Part shown: piece after piece, positions 58,356 to 64,000 of the stretch
Layout: each line of letters starts with the position of its first letter
Numbering within the stretch: the first letter of the stretch is position 1
NCBI GenBank assembly: GCA_044228045.1
Contig: JBGAVQ010000001.1
Location: 32,792-96,791, forward strand
DNA: 64,000 nt
DNA from: Spirosomataceae bacterium
GTDB lineage: Bacteria; Bacteroidota; Bacteroidia; Cytophagales; Spirosomataceae
Direction: 5' to 3'
Position numbers and translations under genes: made by a program
The notes under the pieces: generated by a model
Seen by the model: the letters and a program-made list of their open reading frames with translations, nothing else
Told to the model about the DNA's origin: nothing
Databases searched by the model: none

Positions 58356-59756
58356 TTAGTAACCTGTGTTTTGTACCATACTTGTGTTAGCATCTAATTC
58401 CAATTGTGGAATTGGAGCAAGACGCTTGGTGTCGGTAATGAGAATAGTACGAGCTGCAGCTGGGTATTGAGTACTACGCTTAACATCACGTCCGAGGCGA
58501 GTTAAATCAGCATAGCGGTCACCTTCAAAAGCCAATTCCTTTCGACGTTCAGTAATGATGTCTTCGAGCAATGCAGCACCAGTTGAGGCTATTGCTTTTG
58601 CCGAAGGGTCACGGCGTTGTACGAGTTGATTAAGGTATTTGAGGGCATTTGTTTCGTCATTTGTGCGAGCGTAGGCTTCTGCCAGTACCAATATGACATC
58701 TGCCAAACGCAATACTTTTCCGTCATCTTTTTCGGTAGCGTTGCTGGTTTGCTGATATTTATTCACGATAAATACACTTTCACCAGCACGAGTGCCTGCA
58801 ACAAGCAAGCTTCTGCGGACATCAGTAGCCGAATAGAGGTCGTACAACTCTTTTGTACACAAGCCGTCTCCGTAGCCTTTTTGGTCGTACATATTTGAGA
58901 GGGCATCAAAACCAACGTTACCAACGCCGTCTGCTGATACTTCAAAAATAGTTTCCAGTTTGGCACTGGTAAGAGCCGCATTAGCCCAGTAGGCATTGAA
59001 GCCTGTTGAGGTAGCTAAGGTATAACCACCTTTATCTACTAAGTCTTGTGCTGCAGCTTTGGCACCTGCATAGTCACCTTTATAGAGTAATACCTTTGCT
59101 AATAAGCCTTTGGCTACATATTTGGTCACAAATGAAGAGTTTTTGGTGGTATTTGTCATCAAATCAAAGGCTTGGTTTAAGTCTTTGGTGATTTGGTCAT
59201 ATACTTCCGAAACCTTATTGCGAGCTGGCTTAAGAGACGGGTCAAATGTTAACACAAGAGGAACACCAGGGGCATCAGCACCTAAGGTATAAGGCTTACC
59301 AAACCATTTGGCAAGCTCCCAATACATCAAGGCACGTACCGTTAGTGCTTCGCCTCTTAACTGTTTTGTAGCGTCTGTTTCGGGTACAGTTGCATTAATA
59401 ATGTTATTAGCACGCAAAATAACCGCATACGCTTGTGTCCAAAGGCCACTTATATCAGCATTTTGAGAATTTACAGAATAGTTGAATTGTGCCAAGTAAC
59501 GACCAGAATTTGAGGCAGATAAATAAACGTTATCAGCCATAAGGTCTCCCATAAAAGGAATCCCTCTCAAAAAAAGAGTGGCGGCACGCATCCCCTGATA
59601 CATACCGTTGGCAGCAGCAACCATATCGCTTTCTGATTTAAGCGCATCGGCTGGTGGCAAGCTGGTATATGGCTTGCGATCATAAAATTCGTCTTGACAA
59701 GCCCCTAAAGACAGTAGGCTTGCAAGAGCTAACGTTTTGATGAATGTATATTTCAT
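58356..59756 (-). CDS. RagB/SusD family nutrient uptake outer membrane protein (SusD-2)
   Basis: 466 aa with a lipoprotein signal (LLSLGAC). SusD motifs are present (RALMYWELAKWFG, LVLAEAYARTN, IITERRKELAFEGDRYADLTR). Confidence 0.93.
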   Translation of the reverse strand: MKYTFIKTLALASLLSLGACQDEFYDRKPYTSLPPADALKSESDMVAAANGMYQGMRAATLFLRGIPFMGDLMADNVYLSASNSGRYLAQFNYSVNSQNADISGLWTQAYAVILRANNIINATVPETDATKQLRGEALTVRALMYWELAKWFGKPYTLGADAPGVPLVLTFDPSLKPARNKVSEVYDQITKDLNQAFDLMTNTTKNSSFVTKYVAKGLLAKVLLYKGDYAGAKAAAQDLVDKGGYTLATSTGFNAYWANAALTSAKLETIFEVSADGVGNVGFDALSNMYDQKGYGDGLCTKELYDLYSATDVRRSLLVAGTRAGESVFIVNKYQQTSNATEKDDGKVLRLADVILVLAEAYARTNDETNALKYLNQLVQRRDPSAKAIASTGAALLEDIITERRKELAFEGDRYADLTRLGRDVKRSTQYPAAARTILITDTKRLAPIPQLELDANTSMVQNTGY

Positions 59757-59788
59757 AGTAATAATGCTTTGTTCTTGTGTATTTAACG

Positions 59789-62700
59789 TTAGAAACCAAT
59801 GTTCAAACCGAATGATAGATTTTTGCTGATGAAGATATCCAAGTTGGTCTGGCCAGCAATTCCTACTTCTGGGTCAAAGTACAAATTCTTGTCGAACGTT
59901 TTTGTCCAAAGATTTGTACCACGAGCGTACACTGACATTGTATTTAACTTCAAGGTTTTCAAGATATTTTTTGGTAATTCATAACGTACTACTATGTTCC
60001 GCAGACGAATAAAGCTACCATCATATAAATACCTTGAAGAAGCTGAATACGATAAGTTAGAGTTGTTGTAGATGTACTTTGGCACATCGGTGATGTCACC
60101 TGGGTTTTGCCAACGTTCTAACTGTTTTTTGAACTTATTGAAACCAGCATTGAATCCATCGCCAATCAAATAAGCCGCCCAAGTGTCTTGAACCTTGTTT
60201 CCATAATTGAAGTAGAACTGTGCTTCAAGACTAAGTCCTTTATAACGAAGTGTGTTGGTTAGCCCACCAAAACCTTTGGGGGTAGCAGAGCCAAGGCTAA
60301 CCACTCGTTGCGCAGCATTGTAATTGGTAGTAGTGTTGCGGTCAAATGAACCATCGGTATTTTTAGTGTTCAAATACCATAATGGGCTACCAGTTTGTGG
60401 ATCTACACCAGCCCACTCACGCAAGTAGAAGGTTTGGTAATCAAGACCTACACGACGAATAAATGAGCCAGAAAGGATGTCTTGGTTTTGAAACAAAGAT
60501 GTAATCTTGTTTTGATTGAAAGCAATATTAAAGTTAATATCCCAAGTAAAGTCATTGGTTTTAATGGGTGAGGCGTTGATAGTAAGTTCAACCCCTTTAT
60601 TCTCCATAGCACCAATATTATCAGTTTGACTAACAAAACCGCTTGTACGAGAAAGTGGCACATCCAACAACAAGTTTGAAGTCTGACGGTTATAATAATC
60701 TACAGTTACATTAATTCGGTCTTTCAATAGGCTTGCATCAATACCAACGTTGAAGGGCTTGTTCAACTCCCAAGTCAAGTTAGCATTACCAATGTTGTTA
60801 GGTGCCGAACCTGGTACTTGGTTGTAATTGAAACCGAAACCGTAGGTAGCTCTCCAAGCATAATTACCGATACCACCGTTGCCATTTACTCCATACGACG
60901 CTCTTAATTTGAGGCCACTAAAAATGTTGTTACCTTGCAAGAAAGCTTCTTGGTCAATGTTCCAAGCACCACCTACCGACCAGAAATTACCCGTACGATT
61001 ATTGATACCAAAACGTGACGACTTATCTTGGCGTGCGCTTCCTGTTAACGAATATTTGTTCTTGTAGTTGAAGGCTACGTTCGAGAAGATTGAGCCAAAC
61101 GAGTAGTCAGAGCCAGACGCAGAGGCTGTTTTAGGCGTAGAAGCAACTACTGGGTAAATCAAGTCGGTACTCGAAGGGAATCCTTCGCTATACACATTTG
61201 AGAAGTAAGTTTTAGAAAGCTGTGCTTCATAACCTACTTTCACATCAGCCGTAAAATCTTTGGCTTCGGTCAAATAAATACGGTAGTCGGCTTGGTTGGT
61301 CCAAGTCCAGTTAAAGAAACGGGTATAGTCAGCAAAAGCACCACCTCCGGTATTACGGCCATCCCCAAATTGTGGGTTGCGGTAATAGTTCTCTTCGATG
61401 GCGTTAAAATCAATACCATATTTAGTACTTAATGTTAGGTTTTTGATAGGGCGGTATTCTGCACCCATACCAGCCAAACCTTTGAGACTAAAATACTTAT
61501 TTTTGTTAATCGCCACTAATGCAACTGGATTATAGATACTCGAGAAGTTGGTAAGGGATACATCATAGCTACCATCTGGGTTATAAATCCGTTGTGTAGG
61601 GCGCAAGAAATAAGCAGAAAGCACAGGGTTTGCAAAAGCACCACCATTGTTTGGCGTAAGCTGATTACTACCCGATACATTAACATTCAGATTAAAAGAT
61701 AGCTTTTCTGAAGCATTGTGCCGAATGCTGGCATTACCCGAAATACGGTCAAACTGCGAGCCAATAACCGTAGCTAACTCCTTGTAATAACCACCTGACA
61801 TAAAGAAAGTGGTTTTGTTGTCTCCACCTTGAGCCTGAAGGCTGTAGTTTTGATAAGCTCCAGAACGAGTTACAGCCGAAAGCCAATCTACATCATCTGT
61901 ATTGGTTGCACCAAGGGCATTGAGTGTGCTGGTAGTGGTTGCTGCTGATGCTCCAGCATTTTTTAGACCTTCTTCGGTTAAAGTAAGGTACTCTTGGCGA
62001 TTGAGTGGCTTGGCCAAGTTTGGAATCGAAAGATTACTTGTTCCGTATTCAGCATTAACAGAGAACTGGGTTTTGCCTGCCTTGCCTTTTTTGGTAGTAA
62101 TCAAAATAACACCATTAGCACCACGAGAACCATAAATAGAAGTAGAAGCAGCATCTTTCAGCACAACCATTTCTTCGATGTCATTAGGGTTCAAACCAGC
62201 CAATGTGCTTGAAGTGGTGGCACGGGTAGCAAAGTTTCCAGCATTTACAGGCACACCATCAATTACATAAAGAGGTTCTGCACTGGCGTTGATAGAACCA
62301 ATACCACGTATCCGAACCGCTTGGAAAGCACCAGGTTGACCAGAGAATGCTGCCGTTTGCAAACCAGCAACTTGGCCTTGTAGGGCACTTACTGCAGAAG
62401 AGAAAGGACGGTTTTCGATGCCTTTACCCTTCAATTCGCTACGGGCACCTGTAAACCCTTTTTTGTCGTACTGACCATAACCAGCCGTAATGGTTACTTC
62501 TTGCAACGTTTTTGGGTCAGGTCTTAGTACAATGTCAATTACTGACTTTGTACCAACCGTCACTTGTTGAGCTTCAAACCCAATATAGCTAAACAGTAAC
62601 GTGGCATTATTAGGAACGCTCAATTTATAAGCACCATTGGCATCAGTTTGAGCACCCTTCGAAGTGCCTTTAATTACTACACTGACTCCAGGGAGAGACG

Positions 62701-62809
62701 AGCCGTCTTCGCCAGACGTCACCTTTCCGGTGATGCTTCGGTCTTGTGCTAATACCTGTACTACAAGTACCAGTAATAACCCTAAGCTGAAAAGTAATTT
62801 TTTCTTCAT
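59789..62809 (-). CDS. SusC/RagA family TonB-linked outer membrane protein (SusC-2), intact
   Basis: 1006 aa with a signal peptide, an N-terminal carboxypeptidase-regulatory-like domain (ITGKVTSGEDGSSLPGVSVVIKGTSKG), a plug (RIRGIGSINASAEPLYVIDGVP) and a C-terminal barrel ending FGLNIGF. Confidence 0.95.
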   Translation of the reverse strand: MKKKLLFSLGLLLVLVVQVLAQDRSITGKVTSGEDGSSLPGVSVVIKGTSKGAQTDANGAYKLSVPNNATLLFSYIGFEAQQVTVGTKSVIDIVLRPDPKTLQEVTITAGYGQYDKKGFTGARSELKGKGIENRPFSSAVSALQGQVAGLQTAAFSGQPGAFQAVRIRGIGSINASAEPLYVIDGVPVNAGNFATRATTSSTLAGLNPNDIEEMVVLKDAASTSIYGSRGANGVILITTKKGKAGKTQFSVNAEYGTSNLSIPNLAKPLNRQEYLTLTEEGLKNAGASAATTTSTLNALGATNTDDVDWLSAVTRSGAYQNYSLQAQGGDNKTTFFMSGGYYKELATVIGSQFDRISGNASIRHNASEKLSFNLNVNVSGSNQLTPNNGGAFANPVLSAYFLRPTQRIYNPDGSYDVSLTNFSSIYNPVALVAINKNKYFSLKGLAGMGAEYRPIKNLTLSTKYGIDFNAIEENYYRNPQFGDGRNTGGGAFADYTRFFNWTWTNQADYRIYLTEAKDFTADVKVGYEAQLSKTYFSNVYSEGFPSSTDLIYPVVASTPKTASASGSDYSFGSIFSNVAFNYKNKYSLTGSARQDKSSRFGINNRTGNFWSVGGAWNIDQEAFLQGNNIFSGLKLRASYGVNGNGGIGNYAWRATYGFGFNYNQVPGSAPNNIGNANLTWELNKPFNVGIDASLLKDRINVTVDYYNRQTSNLLLDVPLSRTSGFVSQTDNIGAMENKGVELTINASPIKTNDFTWDINFNIAFNQNKITSLFQNQDILSGSFIRRVGLDYQTFYLREWAGVDPQTGSPLWYLNTKNTDGSFDRNTTTNYNAAQRVVSLGSATPKGFGGLTNTLRYKGLSLEAQFYFNYGNKVQDTWAAYLIGDGFNAGFNKFKKQLERWQNPGDITDVPKYIYNNSNLSYSASSRYLYDGSFIRLRNIVVRYELPKNILKTLKLNTMSVYARGTNLWTKTFDKNLYFDPEVGIAGQTNLDIFISKNLSFGLNIGF

Positions 62810-62820
62810 AAGGAATTTGT

Positions 62821-62832
62821 TTTTAATTGGTT
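62821..62832 (-). repeat. 12-nt motif AACCAATTAAAA, proximal copy, 11 nt upstream of the SusC-2 ATG
   Basis: Exact repeat; see 57780-57791. Confidence 0.8.
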
Positions 62833-62987
62833 AATGAATTGAAAAAGAGATAGATACTCAACAATGTAAACTGATGAGTAGAAAAAATGTTTAACGGTAA
62901 ACTCACAAATAAATGATTTGTTCCCGAAAACAAATTCTTAAAAACTACTTAAACGAATGAGAAAGCAACAGAAATACCCATTAGGGC

Positions 62988-63026
62988 CTAACATTGAGCA
63001 GAAGAAATGTATAAGGTCATATTCAT
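62988..63026 (-). CDS. candidate 12-codon upstream ORF in the SusC-2 leader (MNMTLYISSAQC)
   Basis: Follows the distal 12-mer. The second ATG (63020) sits 10 nt from the motif. The peptide resembles the SusC-1 uORF (M.L[FY][LI].SS). Confidence 0.35.
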   Translation of the reverse strand: MNMTLYISSAQC

Positions 63027-63030
63027 AAAT

Positions 63031-63042
63031 TTTTAATTGGTT
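63031..63042 (-). repeat. 12-nt motif AACCAATTAAAA, distal copy in the SusC-2 leader
   Basis: Exact repeat, 210 nt upstream of the proximal copy. Confidence 0.8.
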
Positions 63043-63086
63043 GATTGATAGGGATAAAAACTTGCTTGCTTTACAAGTGTTTAACA

Positions 63087-63094
63087 CAAAATTA
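63087..63094 (-). promoter_or_regulatory. candidate -7 box TAATTTTG for SusC-2/SusD-2
   Basis: The minus strand reads gtttgtTAATTTTGtgttaaac. Confidence 0.45.
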
Positions 63095-63163
63095 ACAAAC
63101 TTGCACAACAAAAATACTTGGAATGGATACGAATTTTTCAAAAAAGTAGAACAAAACCCCCAA

Positions 63164-63177
63164 TTTTTCGACAAATG
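63164..63177. promoter_or_regulatory. shared upstream box TTTTTCGACAAATG, copy 2 (ATTTTTCGACAAAT palindrome)
   Basis: Identical 14-mer to 58115-58128. In ATTTTTCGACAAAT (63163-63176), 12 of 14 positions are self-complementary. Confidence 0.4.
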
Positions 63178-63351
63178 CCCAGAGACTAAGCCATATCAAC
63201 TATCTAAAACCAGTTTTGTGAAGCAGGCAGATAACCATTGTGGCTTGTTTTGATACAAGAAAAGTTGGTGAGGGTGAGGCTCTTTTGCTTAAACCGCTGA
63301 ATGACTTTATATTCGTGAATCAGTTAGACCACCAAAACGTTGAATGTTACG

Positions 63352-64000
63352 ATGAAAAAAAATCTTCTGACCATTTTAGTTGCAAGCACAACACTACTTG
63401 CTTTTGGACAACAGAATCTGCTGAAGGCCAAGCTCGACCAAAAGGCCGAGGAAATGAAAGATAAAGTAACAGCATGGCGCAGAGATTTTCATCAAAATCC
63501 TGAACTATCTAACCGAGAGTTTAAAACTGCTGAAAAAATAGCCAAACACTTGCAACTATTGGGCTTAGAGGTTAAGACCAATGTAGCCAAAACGGGTGTG
63601 GTGGGCATTTTGAAAGGTGGAAAGCCCGGCCCCTGTGTAGCACTTAGGGCCGATATTGACGGCTTACCTGTGAAAGAGCGAGGCGATTTGGCTTTTAAGT
63701 CAAATGCTAAAAGTGAGTATAATGGCGAACAGGTATCTGTCATGCACGCCTGCGGACACGACTCCCACACGGCTATTCTGATGGGGGTGGCCGAAGTGCT
63801 TACTTCTGTAAAAAGTGAATTGAAAGGCACCATTAAGTTCATATTTCAACCCGCCGAAGAAGGTGCGCCTGTGGGCGAGCGAGGCGGTGCTTCGTTGATG
63901 ATAGATGAAGGTGTGCTTGAAAACCCTAAAGTAGAGGCAATTTTTGGACTACACATCAAGGCCGAAGTAGAAGTTGGCAAACTATGCTATCGTCCTGGTG
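63352..64000 (+). CDS. M20 family amidohydrolase (N-acyl-L-amino acid amidohydrolase/hippurate hydrolase-like), N-terminal part running off the window
   Basis: Hand translation from ATG 63352 gives MKKNLLTILVASTTLLAFGQQ...WRRDFHQNPELSNREFKTAEKIAKHL...VALRADIDGLPV...MHACGHDSHTAILMGVA...IFQPAEEG. It is not in the ORF track because there is no stop in the window. Confidence 0.85.
   Translation, partial: MKKNLLTILVASTTLLAFGQQNLLKAKLDQKAEEMKDKVTAWRRDFHQNPELSNREFKTAEKIAKHLQLLGLEVKTNVAKTGVVGILKGGKPGPCVALRADIDGLPVKERGDLAFKSNAKSEYNGEQVSVMHACGHDSHTAILMGVAEVLTSVKSELKGTIKFIFQPAEEGAPVGERGGASLMIDEGVLENPKVEAIFGLHIKAEVEVGKLCYRPG

Overview
This is a 64 kb chromosomal segment from a Bacteroidota genome, probably Cytophagales-like. 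That placement is a by-eye judgement from moderate GC, TAnnTTTG-type -7 promoter boxes, SusC/SusD pairs, a PorP/SprF gene and an rpmG-DUF4295 pair. Most of the window is housekeeping: aspS, pdhA, recF, an ECF sigma/anti-sigma/DUF4097 operon, lysC, serS, rpmG, ftsY, ilvD-ilvB-ilvN-ilvC...ilvA, folA, and rimP-nusA-infB. The accessory or unusual content is as follows. (1) A 17-codon Val/Leu/Ile-rich leader peptide plus a terminator lies upstream of ilvD and looks like a classical attenuator. (2) A 1.23 kb IS4-family element with a 9-bp target duplication and a frameshifted transposase sits next to an AT-rich single-gene membrane-protein island; together they separate ilvC from ilvA. (3) An MNT/HepT toxin-antitoxin pair and a Uma2 endonuclease are present. 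(4) There is a decaying region containing a frameshifted SDR gene. (5) An RND permease and an RND adaptor are encoded 16 kb apart on opposite strands. (6) Two tandem paralogous SusC/SusD loci are present, one with a frameshifted SusC. They share a repeated non-coding architecture: a palindromic upstream box, a TAATTTTG -7 box, a 12-nt motif used twice per leader (once before a 12-codon uORF and once before susC), and a conserved 3' UTR. (7) An unexplained GC-rich structured island of about 140 nt lies downstream of the PorP/SprF gene. I recognised no rRNA, tRNA or CRISPR array. I did not find a clear multi-gene novel system. The SusC leader/uORF architecture and the ilv attenuator are the best-supported non-obvious signals. 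All calls come from reading translations and sequence by eye; no database searches were run.
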